Source: an uncultured Planctomycetota bacterium (lineage in GTDB: Bacteria > Planctomycetota > Planctomycetia > Isosphaerales > Isosphaeraceae). Taken from it: a stretch of DNA of 64,000 nt. The DNA lies in assembly GCA_963737655.1 (NCBI GenBank), contig CAVTTN010000002.1:3584001-3648000 (forward strand), given 5' to 3'. Of this stretch, positions 53,901 through 64,000 are shown piece after piece. Positions within the stretch are counted from its first letter, which is position 1. Each line of letters opens with the position of its first letter. The position numbers were made by a program, and so were the translations under genes. Under the pieces are notes generated by a model. The model saw only the letters and a list, made by a program, of their open reading frames with translations. It searched no databases and had not been told where the DNA came from.

Positions 53901-55064
53901 ATGAGGATCGTTCACGTCATCACTCGGTTGATCCTGGGAGGTGCTCAGGAGAACACGCTCCTCACCGTCGAAGGGCTCCATCATCGCCACGGCGACGACG
54001 TGACCCTGATCGCGGGACCGGCCGAAGGCCCCGAGGGAGACCTTTTCGACCGGGCCCGCCGCCAGGGGCTGAGGGTCGAGGTCATGCCCGAGCTCGTCCG
54101 GGCCATCCGCCCCGGGACCGACGTTCGCGCCTACCGCGAGTTGCGGCGGTCCATCCGCAGACTGAAGCCCGAGGTCGTCCACACGCACAGCTCGAAAGCG
54201 GGGATCGTCGGCCGGGTCGCCGCGTGGGATGAGCGCGTCCCGGCCGTCGTCCACACGATCCACGGTTTGCCGTTCGGGCCTTCGGAAACGCCTCTGAAGA
54301 ACCGTGTCTACATCGCCCTGGAACGCATGGCCGCGCGGCGTTGCCATGCGATCGTGAGCGTGTGCGACGCCATGACCGCGCAGGCGCTGGCGGCGAAGGT
54401 CGGCAAGCCCGAGCAATATCTCACCGTTTATAGCGGGATGGACGTCGATGCGTTCCTGAGTCCGGCGGAATCGCGCGAAGACGTCCGCCGCGAGCTCGGG
54501 CTTGAGCCTTCCGACGTCGCCTTCGCGACCGTCGCCCGGTTGTTCGAGCGAAAAGGCCACGACGACATCCTGGCGGCGGCCCCGGCCGTCCTCTCGATCA
54601 ATCCGAATGTCCGATTCGTGTTCATCGGAGACGGAATCTTGCGGGATCGATTGAAGGCCGAAGCCGAGCGTTCGGGGATCGGGCACGCGATCCGGTTCAC
54701 GGGCCTCGTCCCGCCCGACCGCATCCCGGGACTGTTGAACGCGGTCGATGCGGTCGTTCACCCCAGCCTCCGCGAAGGGCTGGCGAGGGTCTTGCCGCAA
54801 GCCTTACTCGTCGGGCGTCCCGTGATCAGCTACGACGTGGACGGGGCCCGCGAGGTCGTCCTCCCCGAGACCGGAATCCTGCTCAAGACGAAGGACTTCG
54901 ACGGCCTGAAGGCCGGAATCCTCAAGCTCGCCGCCGATCCCGCGCTCCGACGATCGATGGGCGAGGAGGGCCGGCGACGCTTCGCCCACCAGTTCCGCCA
55001 GGAGACGATGACCGATCAACTTCGATTGCTCTATGAGCGGCTTTTGAGCGCGGGGAGCGCTTGA
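53901..55064 (+). CDS. Glycosyltransferase family 4
   Basis: GGAQEN, HTHSSKAG, RKGH, EGLARV. Confidence 0.92.
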   Translation: MRIVHVITRLILGGAQENTLLTVEGLHHRHGDDVTLIAGPAEGPEGDLFDRARRQGLRVEVMPELVRAIRPGTDVRAYRELRRSIRRLKPEVVHTHSSKAGIVGRVAAWDERVPAVVHTIHGLPFGPSETPLKNRVYIALERMAARRCHAIVSVCDAMTAQALAAKVGKPEQYLTVYSGMDVDAFLSPAESREDVRRELGLEPSDVAFATVARLFERKGHDDILAAAPAVLSINPNVRFVFIGDGILRDRLKAEAERSGIGHAIRFTGLVPPDRIPGLLNAVDAVVHPSLREGLARVLPQALLVGRPVISYDVDGAREVVLPETGILLKTKDFDGLKAGILKLAADPALRRSMGEEGRRRFAHQFRQETMTDQLRLLYERLLSAGSA

Positions 55065-55081
55065 GACCGGTCTGGCCTCGG

Positions 55082-56089
55082 TCAACCCTCCGCCGCCGGA
55101 CCGCCCCTCTCGTCAAACAGGCGGCTGACGCTCTCCCGCTTGTGGATCGAGAGGATGGCTCGGGCGAACAGAGGGGCGACGCTCACGACCGTGCAGTTTT
55201 GCGGGAGAGGCTCGGCCCGGTAGCCGATCGTGTCCGTGAGGACCAGCTCCTTGATCGGGCTCTTCGCGATCTTCGAGGCCGATCCCTTCGAGAAGACGCC
55301 GTGGGAGACGCAGGCATAAATGTCCCGCGCGCCTCGCGACTTGCAGGCGTTGGCCATCTCGATCAGGGTGCCGCCGGAGATGGTGAAGTCGTCCACGATC
55401 AGGACGTTCTTGCCCTGGACCTCGCCGATCACCGAATAGATCTCGGCGCGTTCCTTGTGGTCCATCCTCATCTTGTTGCCGATCACGACCGGGGCGTTCA
55501 TCATCTCGGCAAATCGGTACGCCTGCTTGCCGAACCCGACGTCGGGGCTGGCGACGACGAGGTCGGGGATCTCCTTCTGGCGGAAATAGTCGCTGAGGAT
55601 CGGCATCGCGTAGAGGTGATCGACGGGGACCTTGAAGAACCCCTGGATCTGGGGCGCGTGGAGGTCCATCGTCAGCACGCGGTCGGCCCCGGCAGCCTCG
55701 ATGGCGTCGGCCACGACCCGGGCGCGGATCGACACGCGGGGCTCGTCCTTCTTGTCCCCCTTGGCGTAGGAGAAGAACGGGATCACCGCGGTGACCTGGC
55801 TGGCGCTGGCGCGCTTGAAGGCGTCGATCCAGAACAGGAGCTCGACGAGGTTGTCGTTCACCGGGTATTCGGTCCCCTGGATGATGTAGACGTCCCGGCC
55901 TCGGACGTTCTCCAGGATTCGGACGAAAATGTTCCCCTCGCTGAAGATGTGGGTCTCCGACTTCGCCAGGCTCGTGCCGATGTGGCCGCAGACCGCCTTG
56001 CCCAGCGTGCTGCTGGCCCGGCCGGCGAAGATCTTGAGCTCGCCGTAAGGGTCGGCTTGCTTCGAGGTGCAGACCAGCGAGTTGTCCAT
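55082..56089 (-). CDS. prs: Ribose-phosphate pyrophosphokinase
   Basis: FSEGNI, MDLHAPQIQGFF, SPDVG, IVDDFTISGGT. Confidence 0.94.
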   Translation of the reverse strand: MDNSLVCTSKQADPYGELKIFAGRASSTLGKAVCGHIGTSLAKSETHIFSEGNIFVRILENVRGRDVYIIQGTEYPVNDNLVELLFWIDAFKRASASQVTAVIPFFSYAKGDKKDEPRVSIRARVVADAIEAAGADRVLTMDLHAPQIQGFFKVPVDHLYAMPILSDYFRQKEIPDLVVASPDVGFGKQAYRFAEMMNAPVVIGNKMRMDHKERAEIYSVIGEVQGKNVLIVDDFTISGGTLIEMANACKSRGARDIYACVSHGVFSKGSASKIAKSPIKELVLTDTIGYRAEPLPQNCTVVSVAPLFARAILSIHKRESVSRLFDERGGPAAEG

Positions 56090-56338
56090 CGGTCTCGACC
56101 TCGCGACGCCCGGGAGGGATGGGGGTTCAGCCAATCTTAACAGTGGGCCCGGGTCGGGTACAGGCCGACGGTCCCCCTCGGGGCCTTCCGCCGCGGGCCG
56201 CATAGTCCGTGGTCGGCGGAGGCCCTCGACACCAAGGATTTGACTTTCCCACGAGAATATCGAGAATCATACAACTTTGACGGCCTGGGTCGACACGCCG
56301 ATCGGACGCGAGGGCCGGGGCCGCAAGGATCCAACCTC

Positions 56339-57310
56339 ATGAACTGGACCGAATTCACTCAGGTCCGCGACGACGCCCTGGCGGCCGACTCCTATTGGTC
56401 CCCGCTCTACGCCATCTTCGGGGAGCAGGGCGAGAACAACACCCGATTCCTCCTGGAGCGCGACAAGGCCCTGGAGGACCACAACCTGTTCCCCCTGACC
56501 GAGCTGGACTACGAAAGCTTATTCGGGGATTTCGCGATGGGCCGTGTCTCGGGCGACGGGATCTTCGTCTGCCTGATTCACAAGGGGCGCCACATGATCC
56601 GGACGGGAACGATGAACGCCTCGGGCCACCCCGCCCTGGCCGGAACGGCGCCGGTTTTCTGCGCGGGGGAGATCACCTCGACCGACTTCAAGTTCCAGAG
56701 CGGACACTACCGGCCCACGAAGCGTCACGTCTTCCTCTTCATGTGCAGATTCATCGACAATTCCTGCCAGAACCTCCTCGGGAACGCACGAGACGCGATG
56801 GTCCAGCAGATTGCCGCCATGCCCCTCACGGTCTGGCGAGATGAGAACAGCTCCTATTCGACCCGCTTCGGGGACGTGGGATTTCACGGTAACGCCGACC
56901 TGCATCCGCCGAGCACGCCGACGGTCAAGAGGATCGAGGCCGACCGCTCCGCCCGCGTCCCTCTTCCGGTCTTCGAGAGTCCCGAGCCGATCGTGCCGAC
57001 TCGCTCGCGGTCCAATGCCGTGAGTTCCGAGGGCGGCCTCGGCGTGCCGACGGTTGCGAAGGCCGCGCCGGCCAGCCCGCAGGTCTTCCAGGACTTCTCG
57101 AAGGTCGCGAAATGCCAGCGATGCTCCCAGAAGTTCGGTGTCTTCCGCAGTAAGTACACATGTGGGAAGTGCGGTCGGGCGATCTGCAAGGCGTGCCGAT
57201 TGCCGAAGAAAGCCGTCCGAGACCCGGCCGTCGCCTCCGCGTCCGTGGCCCAGCCGGGGAAGGCCGGCGCGGTCCGGATCTGCCTGGACTGTGGGCCCAA
57301 GGTCTGCTGA
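56339..57310 (+). CDS. Orphan protein: toxin-like SGHYRP domain + C-terminal FYVE-like zinc finger
   Basis: GHPALAG..VFCAGEI..QSGHYRP; CQRC..F..CGKCG..CKAC..RICLDC. Confidence 0.8.
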   Translation: MNWTEFTQVRDDALAADSYWSPLYAIFGEQGENNTRFLLERDKALEDHNLFPLTELDYESLFGDFAMGRVSGDGIFVCLIHKGRHMIRTGTMNASGHPALAGTAPVFCAGEITSTDFKFQSGHYRPTKRHVFLFMCRFIDNSCQNLLGNARDAMVQQIAAMPLTVWRDENSSYSTRFGDVGFHGNADLHPPSTPTVKRIEADRSARVPLPVFESPEPIVPTRSRSNAVSSEGGLGVPTVAKAAPASPQVFQDFSKVAKCQRCSQKFGVFRSKYTCGKCGRAICKACRLPKKAVRDPAVASASVAQPGKAGAVRICLDCGPKVC

Positions 57311-57453
57311 GTCCGAGGACCCGGAGGGGGGATCGACGATCCATCGGGTCCTCGTCCCTCGGGAACCTGTCCGGCTTCCCCGACGGCCCGGTTTGGATTA
57401 TCCTCAGTGGGCACAGTCCGCATCGCCCGCCCCGGACGGAGGTCTCCCCGACG

Positions 57454-58391
57454 ATGAAGATCATCCTGGCCAATCCCCGAGGCTTCTGCGCGGGGGTGAA
57501 CATGGCCATCGAGAGCCTGGAAAGGTCGCTGGATCTGTTCGGGGCGCCGTTGTTCGTCTATCACGAGATCGTCCACAACAAATACGTCGTCGAACGTTTC
57601 AAGAAGCGCGGGGTGGTCTTCGTCGAATCGCTCCAGGAAGTGCCGGAAGGCGCCCCCTGCTCTACAGCGCCCACGGCGTCTCCCCCCAGATCCGCGCCGA
57701 GGCCCGCGAACGCCGGCTCCGCGCGATCGACGCGACGTGCCCCCTGGTGACGAAGGTCCACCTCGAAGCGGTCAAGTACGCGAGCGAAGGATACACCATC
57801 GTCCTGATTGGACACGAAGGGCACGACGAGGTCATCGGCACGATGGGCGAGGCGCCGGACCGGATGATCCTGGTCGAGACGGCCGAGGACGTCGATCGCC
57901 TGGAGATCAATCCCGCAAAAATTGCCTACTTGACCCAGACCACCCTCAGCGTGGACGACGCGAACGTCGTGATCGACGCCCTACGCCGCAAGTTCCCCCA
58001 GATCGCCAATCCTCCCAAGGATGACATCTGCTACGCCACGCAGAACCGGCAAGAGGCGGTCCGCGACCTGGCGACCCGGGCCGACGTGGTCCTGGTTCTC
58101 GGCAGCCAGAATAGCTCCAACAGCAAGAGGCTGGCCGAGATCGCCGGGGCCCTGGGCCCTCATGCCCACCTGATCGACGGCGTCAGCGAGATCCGCCCGG
58201 AGTGGTTCGCCGGTGCGGAAACCGTTCTGATCACGGCCGGCGCCAGCGCCCCCGAAGACGTGGTCCTGGAGTGCGTCGAATACCTCGAACGCGAGTATGG
58301 CGCGACGGTCTCCGAGGAAACGATCCGCGAGGAGAACGTTCACTTCCCCCTGCCCCGGACGCTTCGCGAGCTTCTGCCGGTCCTGGGTTGA
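57454..58391 (+). CDS. ispH: 4-hydroxy-3-methylbut-2-enyl diphosphate reductase (frameshift near 57655)
   Basis: [36 protein letters not shown]. Confidence 0.94.
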
Positions 58392-58414
58392 GGTGAGCTG
58401 AGGTCCAGGACCGC

Positions 58415-59158
58415 TCAGGCGAATGGATCGCGTTCCTTCTTCTCCCGGTCGAGCTCGGTGAGCAGGGTGGAGCACTGGACGCAGGCATTGGCGCAGAGGA
58501 ACGTGACGGCGAACGAGGCGACGGTCTGGGCGAAGGTCGAGGCCAGGACGGCCTGGGCGAACAGGGCCCGGCGGCCCATCGGACCGCCCGCGTGCAGAAT
58601 CCCGAGGACCTGCAGCACGAAGAACAGCCAGAACGCCATGCCGAACCACGCCGAGAGTCGCGCGATCTTGCGGGCGGCGAGCAGGTCGTTCCGTCCGAGG
58701 TGAATGAGCAGCTCGGCGGCGAGGTCTCCGTAGAGGATCAGCTCGAAGAGATTCGTGAAGGGCGAGGCAAGCAGCCTGGCCGCGTCCACGTTCGCGTTCG
58801 GCGGGATCGTGCCGAGCCCGAGGATCTGCGAATGATCGACGCACCAGAAGGCCAGGTCCACCGAGTTCAGCAGGGCGAGCAAGACGGCCTTACGCCTCCA
58901 GAGCCGATCGTCGAATCGGCCGATCAGGAGGATCGAGCCGATCAGGCTGCCCCAGGTGATCGGGGCGCCGACGAGCCATTCCCACGCCGGCGAATCCAGG
59001 ACTTGCCGGATGTCTCGGCCGTCGTCGAACATGGCGAAGAGATGGCACAGGCTGTCCAGGGCCAGCAGCCCCAGGGACAGGGCGCCCAGGGCGAAGCTCG
59101 CCCGGCAGAGCCGATACCTCGGGCTCGGGTCGATCGGCGTCGTCCAATCGTCGGGCAT
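58415..59158 (-). CDS. Integral membrane protein of unknown function
   Basis: About six hydrophobic segments. Confidence 0.7.
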   Translation of the reverse strand: MPDDWTTPIDPSPRYRLCRASFALGALSLGLLALDSLCHLFAMFDDGRDIRQVLDSPAWEWLVGAPITWGSLIGSILLIGRFDDRLWRRKAVLLALLNSVDLAFWCVDHSQILGLGTIPPNANVDAARLLASPFTNLFELILYGDLAAELLIHLGRNDLLAARKIARLSAWFGMAFWLFFVLQVLGILHAGGPMGRRALFAQAVLASTFAQTVASFAVTFLCANACVQCSTLLTELDREKKERDPFA

Positions 59159-59270
59159 GTCCACCGCGATCCCTCCGGGGTCGTCCTCCTGGCAAGACGC
59201 CATTATACCCGTCTCGGGGCACATTCGACCAGGAACGAAACCGTCGGCGATCGAGACCGGGCGTCCCGGC

Positions 59271-59636
59271 TCACCGTTCTCGGGACCGGATGACCAGCGC
59301 AATCCGTCCCCAGGCGGCGCCTCTCGGGATGATGGCCGGAGCCAGGGTCAGGACCAACTCATTTCGGGCGATCCCGAGTTTTTCGATCGGGAAGTCCGCC
59401 CCGGATCGACCTTCAATCGGCAGATCCTGCCCGTTCAGGAGGATCCGGACGACCCCGGCGACCGCCTCGACGCGCAGGAAAAGTTCATCGTCGGCCGCGA
59501 TCGTCGGCCGATGGAAGGAACGAGAGAGGCGATCGGGGATCGGGCCGTCCCAGGTCTCGGGAAGGTCCACCTTGCGGAGGTCGTCGCCGAAGAGGCCAAG
59601 CCAGGCGCGTCGGAGCTGAATCGGATGCTCGGGCAC
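59271..59636 (-). CDS. Small protein resembling a glycoside hydrolase sugar-binding domain
   Basis: LSRSFHRPT...ILLNGQ...RNELVL...WGRIALVI. Confidence 0.65.
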   Translation of the reverse strand: MPEHPIQLRRAWLGLFGDDLRKVDLPETWDGPIPDRLSRSFHRPTIAADDELFLRVEAVAGVVRILLNGQDLPIEGRSGADFPIEKLGIARNELVLTLAPAIIPRGAAWGRIALVIRSRER

Positions 59637-59900
59637 GGGTTCGGGGCCTCGTTCGTGGGGTCCGGGATTGGTCTGGCCATGATCGGCGAGGGTGGCTATG
59701 ATCGCAAGGGATTGCCGAGGCCCGGGAGCTCACGGAAGGCTCGGGCCGGATCGAGCGACCCCCTCCTCGCCTGGCACCCCCAACCGGTCGGCCTTCCGAT
59801 TGTCCCCCCTGCTCCCGGCGATGTCGCCCGGGTCGGCGGTTTGCCGACATCCCCGGTCCCGCCTCGTCTCGGACCCCGACTTAACCGTCGCGGATCGCCC

Positions 59901-60919
59901 ATGAGTTACGGCCTGCCCCACCTCGATCCGAGGACCCAATCGCTGACCGGGGTTCAGATCCTGGCCACCGGGAGCGCCGTGCCCGAGCGGGTCGTCACCA
60001 ACGCCGACCTCCGCGAATCCCACGGGTTCGACCCGGACTGGATCGTCAACCGCACCGGCATCCACGAAAGGCGGTTCGCCCCGCCTCACGTGGCCACCAG
60101 CGACCTCTGCGCCAGGCGGCCTCGCGGTGCCTGAAGGCCGCCGGTTGCGAGCCGGGCGAGGTGGATCTGCTGATCATCGGCACGATGACGCCCGACATGG
60201 CGTTCCCTTCCACGGGTTGCCTGGTCCAGGACCGCCTGAAGCTGAACTGTCCGGCCTTCGACCTCCAGGCCGCCTGTGCCGGCTTCGTGTTCAGCCTGAT
60301 CACCGCCGCCCAGTTCATCGCGGCCGGGACGAGCAAGAGGGCCCTGGTCGTCGGCGGGGACTGCAACAGCCGGGTCATCAACCCGAACGATCCCAAGAGC
60401 TTCCCCCTGTTCGGCGACGGCGCCGGGGCGGTCCTGCTCGCTCCCGGGCGGGCCGATCAGGGGATGCTGGCCTACCAGTTCGGCTCCGACGGCTCGGGCG
60501 GAGACCTCCTGAATCGCCCCGCCTGCGGGAGCCGGATGCCCCCGACGGCCGAGGCGCTCGATCGCGGCCTCCATTACCTGACGATGGACGGCCGGGCGGT
60601 CTTCAAGTGGGCCGTCCGGGTGCTGACCGACTCGACCAACGACGTCCTGGTCCACGCCGGCAAGACCGTCGCCGATTGCCGATGGTTCGTCCCTCATCAG
60701 GCCAACATCCGGATCATCCATGCCGCCAGCGACGTCCTGGGCTTCCCTCGCGAGGCGGTCTTCAAGAACCTCGATCGCTACGGGAACACCTCGGGAGGGA
60801 CGATCCCGATCGCCCTGGACGAGATGAACCGGGATGGCCAGATCGCGCCGGGCGATCTCCTGCTCACGTCCGGCTTCGGCGCCGGATTGACCTGGGGCAC
60901 GGCCCTCTGGAAGTGGTGA
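59901..60919 (+). CDS. fabH: 3-oxoacyl-ACP synthase III (frameshift near 60113)
   Basis: RTGIHERR, AACAGF, LFGDGAGA, PHQAN, GNTS, GFGAG. Confidence 0.93.
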
Positions 60920-60928
60920 TCGCGCGGG

Positions 60929-61204
60929 TCACGCCCCCAGGCGCTTCTCGTCGCGCTCTCGTCGGGTGATTTCCAGGTCGAACCGGGTGAGCTCCAGCTC
61001 CAGGTGGAGCCGCTCGAGGGCCTCTCGCGCCACGAGGAGGGCCCGCCCTCGGAATCGGGCCTGGTCGATGGCGTCGGCCACGGCCGGTGCCAGCTCGTCC
61101 CGGATGTCGGGAGGAAGCGATTGCACCTGCGCCATCAAAGCCGAGAGCTCGGCCGGGGCCGATTCGACGGCTCCGGGCGCGGGCCGTTGGGATGCTGCGT
61201 ACAT
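60929..61204 (-). CDS. Small helical hypothetical protein
   Basis: ALERLHLELELTRFDLEITRRERD coiled-coil-like C-terminus. Confidence 0.7.
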   Translation of the reverse strand: MYAASQRPAPGAVESAPAELSALMAQVQSLPPDIRDELAPAVADAIDQARFRGRALLVAREALERLHLELELTRFDLEITRRERDEKRLGA

Positions 61205-61445
61205 GGTGAAGTCTCTCGGGTCGTCTTCAGGGAGTCTATCACGGATTCTCGCGAAGGTTTTTCGGTCGTCGGGTTTTTTTCGACTGGGCAAGGAGGGATG
61301 GCTCGGCGATCCCCATCCGACGGGCACAGCTCCTCGATCCGGCCGGTTCGGCGCGAGGGTCGTCGGGGATTGATCTTCTCGACTTGAGGGATCGCCGATA
61401 AATTGCCCGGCCCTTCCCCCGATCGAAGAGACGGAGGCACCCGCC

Positions 61446-64000
61446 ATGCCGCTCCCCGCCATTCGCCCGGTCCTGCTGGGCCTGGTGATCGCCGCCTCGG
61501 CCGTGGCCCAGGACGCCGACCGACCCTCGACGACCTTTCGCGAGGGATTCGAGGGGCCGAAACCCTCGTGGAGACGCGAGGAGACCGACGCGACGGTCAA
61601 GATCCTCGCCCACGAGCGGACCGCCCTCGCCAGCCATGAGGGGAAAAGCTCGGAGCGGTTCGAGTTCACCGCGGGGCCGGGCAGCGTCCTCTATTACAGC
61701 CTGAACGTCCCGAACGTGGCGATCGACGACGAGACCAGGGCGACCCTGTTCGTCCGGTCCAGTCGCTCGGGCATCCAGCTTTACGGACGGGTCGTCCTGC
61801 CCAGGGACCTCGACCCCGACACCGGCCGCCCGTCGTTCGTCCTGGTGGCCGGGACGAGCACCGCCACGGCCGACCGGTGGCAGAAGGTCGAACTCTCGAA
61901 CATGAGGGCCGCGCTGGAACGGGAAGTCCGCGTCCTGAGGATCGGATCGGGCCGGAAAGTGCCGATCGAGGGGGCGTACCTCGAACGCCTGGTCGTGAAC
62001 CTCTACAGCGGGGCCGGCGGGACCGAGGTCTTCCTCGATGACCTGAGCCTCAGCCCGGTCCCGGTCGACAAAGGCCCCGAAGTCGCCGAGGAAAAGCTCC
62101 CCGAGCTGCCGCCGACCCGCGACGGTCGGCCCGGCCGATCGCCCGACTCCGGCCGGGTCCAGCTCGTCCGCAATCAACTCCTGAAAGACGGTTACGACTG
62201 GGTGCCCACCATCATCCACGCCCCCGGGGCAGACCCGGCCATCCTCCGGCAGAACGGCTTCGACGTCCTGGCGCTGGACGCAGACGACCCTCCGGCCGTC
62301 GCCCAGGCGGCGATCAAGGCGGGCCTGATGCTCATGCCGACCTTGAACGCCGGCCCCGGGATCGATCCGGGAGTGGTGGTCGGGCAGGCGGCGACCTATC
62401 CCGAGAAAGATTACGTCGCCATGTGGAGCCTCGGCGACGACCTGGGGACGAACCGCGACCTCTCGGCCCGAAAAGTGGCCCTGGAGCGGCACCGGAGGAT
62501 CGTGGCGGGCCTCCACGACCTGCCGGCCGGGACCTCTCGCCTGGTGACCGGCACCGTCGGCGGCTTCGTCCCGCAATATGCCCTGGCCGGGCGGAGCCTG
62601 GACCTCTTGGGCGTGGAGGCGCCCGACCTGGCGACCGCCCGCGAGCCGATCGACACCTATCGATTCCTGGAGCAGAGGCGGAACCTGGCGATCCCCAAGA
62701 ACCCGCGAATCCCCATGCTGGCGTGGATCCCGGCCTCCGCCCCGCCGGCGATCGCCGAGAACGTCTGGGGGGCCGATCCGCCTCCGACCTGGGGTCAACC
62801 GGAGATCCTGCCCGAGCAAATCCGCATGTACACCTATACGGCGCTCGCCGCGGGATACCGCGCGATCGGCTTCCGTGGCGGGGAGGACCTCACGAGGCCC
62901 GAGGGCGAGCCGCGGCTGATCGAGATGGCCTTGCTGAACGCCGAGATCGACCTGGTGGAATCGGTCCTCGCCCGGGGGGCCGATACCATCCCCTTCGGCC
63001 CCGCGTTCCCGCCCGACCCGGAAATCCCGATGGTCTTCAACCCGCTGGGGACCAGCGGCGGCATCAGCTCGGCCGGCAAGAACACCAGCCAGCAGATGCC
63101 CACCTTGAAAGAAACGCCGGCTCACCCGTCGATCCGAGTGGCCAGCCTCCCCACCAGCGACAATCGCGGCCGGCTCCTCATGGTCATGGACCTCCCGTCG
63201 CAAGGGCAGTACGTCCCGGGCCAGATGGCGATCAATAACCTCAAGCTGATGGTCCAGGGGCTGGAGAGTTCCCAGGCGTTCGAGATCACCCCGGCCGGGC
63301 TGAACGTCCTGAAGAGGGATAGGACCACGGGCGGGATGCGGTTCACCCTGCCGGTCTTCAACGTCACGGCCCTGGTCCTCGTGACCACCGACCTGAGCGT
63401 GAAGGATCGCCTGGAGGCCGACATCGCCCGGATCGCCCCGATGGCCTGCGAGCTGGCGATCCGCCAGGCCCGGGCCTCGTTCGAGCTGACCCGGCAGATC
63501 AACGCCCGCCTGGTCCTCGACGGCCACAGCGTCCGGGACTCCGACGACCTCCTGGCGCAGGCCGACGAGGTGATCAAGGCGGCCGGCGACGCCAAGGACC
63601 GGATGGATTATCCCCTGGCCTGGTCCGAGGCGCAACGAGCCGGCCGGGCCCTCCGCCTGCTGCGTTGGAACCAGTTCATGCAGGGGTGGTTCCGCATCCT
63701 CACCACGACCCGACAACTCGGCAAGACGGCCAGCCCTCCGCCCCCGCCGATGATGCCCTACATCGTGGGCATCCCCCCCCTGACGTCCTGGCACACCCTC
63801 CCCCAGCACGATATCTGGGTCGATTGGGCCAAGGGGACCCAGGGGCCGTTCGGCCCGAACCTCATGCCGACCGGGGAGTTCGAGGTGGAATCGACCGAAC
63901 ACCTCGAATCGCTCGGCTGGAAGGACGTCAGCTATCAGACCGAGGGGGTCGAGGCCACGAAAATCGTCTACAAGGGCCAGGGTTTCGGCCCTCCCAACGC
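61446..64000 (+). CDS. Large secreted hypothetical protein (3'-truncated by the window edge)
   Basis: MPLPAIRPVLLGLVIAASAVAQD signal peptide; appears to stay open to the window end (absent from the ORF track, consistent with no stop). Confidence 0.8.
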   Translation, partial: MPLPAIRPVLLGLVIAASAVAQDADRPSTTFREGFEGPKPSWRREETDATVKILAHERTALASHEGKSSERFEFTAGPGSVLYYSLNVPNVAIDDETRATLFVRSSRSGIQLYGRVVLPRDLDPDTGRPSFVLVAGTSTATADRWQKVELSNMRAALEREVRVLRIGSGRKVPIEGAYLERLVVNLYSGAGGTEVFLDDLSLSPVPVDKGPEVAEEKLPELPPTRDGRPGRSPDSGRVQLVRNQLLKDGYDWVPTIIHAPGADPAILRQNGFDVLALDADDPPAVAQAAIKAGLMLMPTLNAGPGIDPGVVVGQAATYPEKDYVAMWSLGDDLGTNRDLSARKVALERHRRIVAGLHDLPAGTSRLVTGTVGGFVPQYALAGRSLDLLGVEAPDLATAREPIDTYRFLEQRRNLAIPKNPRIPMLAWIPASAPPAIAENVWGADPPPTWGQPEILPEQIRMYTYTALAAGYRAIGFRGGEDLTRPEGEPRLIEMALLNAEIDLVESVLARGADTIPFGPAFPPDPEIPMVFNPLGTSGGISSAGKNTSQQMPTLKETPAHPSIRVASLPTSDNRGRLLMVMDLPSQGQYVPGQMAINNLKLMVQGLESSQAFEITPAGLNVLKRDRTTGGMRFTLPVFNVTALVLVTTDLSVKDRLEADIARIAPMACELAIRQARASFELTRQINARLVLDGHSVRDSDDLLAQADEVIKAAGDAKDRMDYPLAWSEAQRAGRALRLLRWNQFMQGWFRILTTTRQLGKTASPPPPPMMPYIVGIPPLTSWHTLPQHDIWVDWAKGTQGPFGPNLMPTGEFEVESTEHLESLGWKDVSYQTEGVEATKIVYKGQGFGPPN

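Noticed and set aside
57454..60919. ispH and fabH as pseudogenes or programmed frameshifts
   Set aside because: All catalytic motifs intact, no clear slippery-site signals, and similar breaks occur across the window.
61239..63902. 887-aa minus-strand ORF
   Set aside because: Antisense to the plus-strand secreted protein starting at 61446; composition is not protein-like.

Overview
High-GC bacterial chromosomal window, very likely from a Planctomycete (Isosphaeraceae-like). This is inferred from two DUF1549/DUF1553 + DUF1501 pairs, a LEPRxLL-type exported protein and FHA/PQQ/prenyltransferase-repeat envelope genes. It holds about 46 protein-coding genes, including purD, asd, truA, prs, ispH, fabH, thiO, an RluA-family enzyme, an NSAR/OSBS-M20-GNAT trio, glycosyltransferases and regulators. 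About 15 single-base frameshifts, some in housekeeping genes, look like long-read sequencing errors. The most notable signals are: (1) a tRNA-Lys(UUU) gene interrupted after U34 by a 299-nt group I intron with a complete catalytic core; (2) an orphan protein joining a toxin-like SGHYRP domain to a eukaryote-type FYVE-like zinc finger; (3) a Ser/Thr kinase-TM-HExxH metallopeptidase-like fusion; (4) a PurD with an internal 70-aa tandem duplication of its ATP-grasp lid; and (5) GTAG-type REP doublets that supply the stop codons of two adjacent genes. All calls come from reading the sequence and recalled family knowledge; no searches were run.
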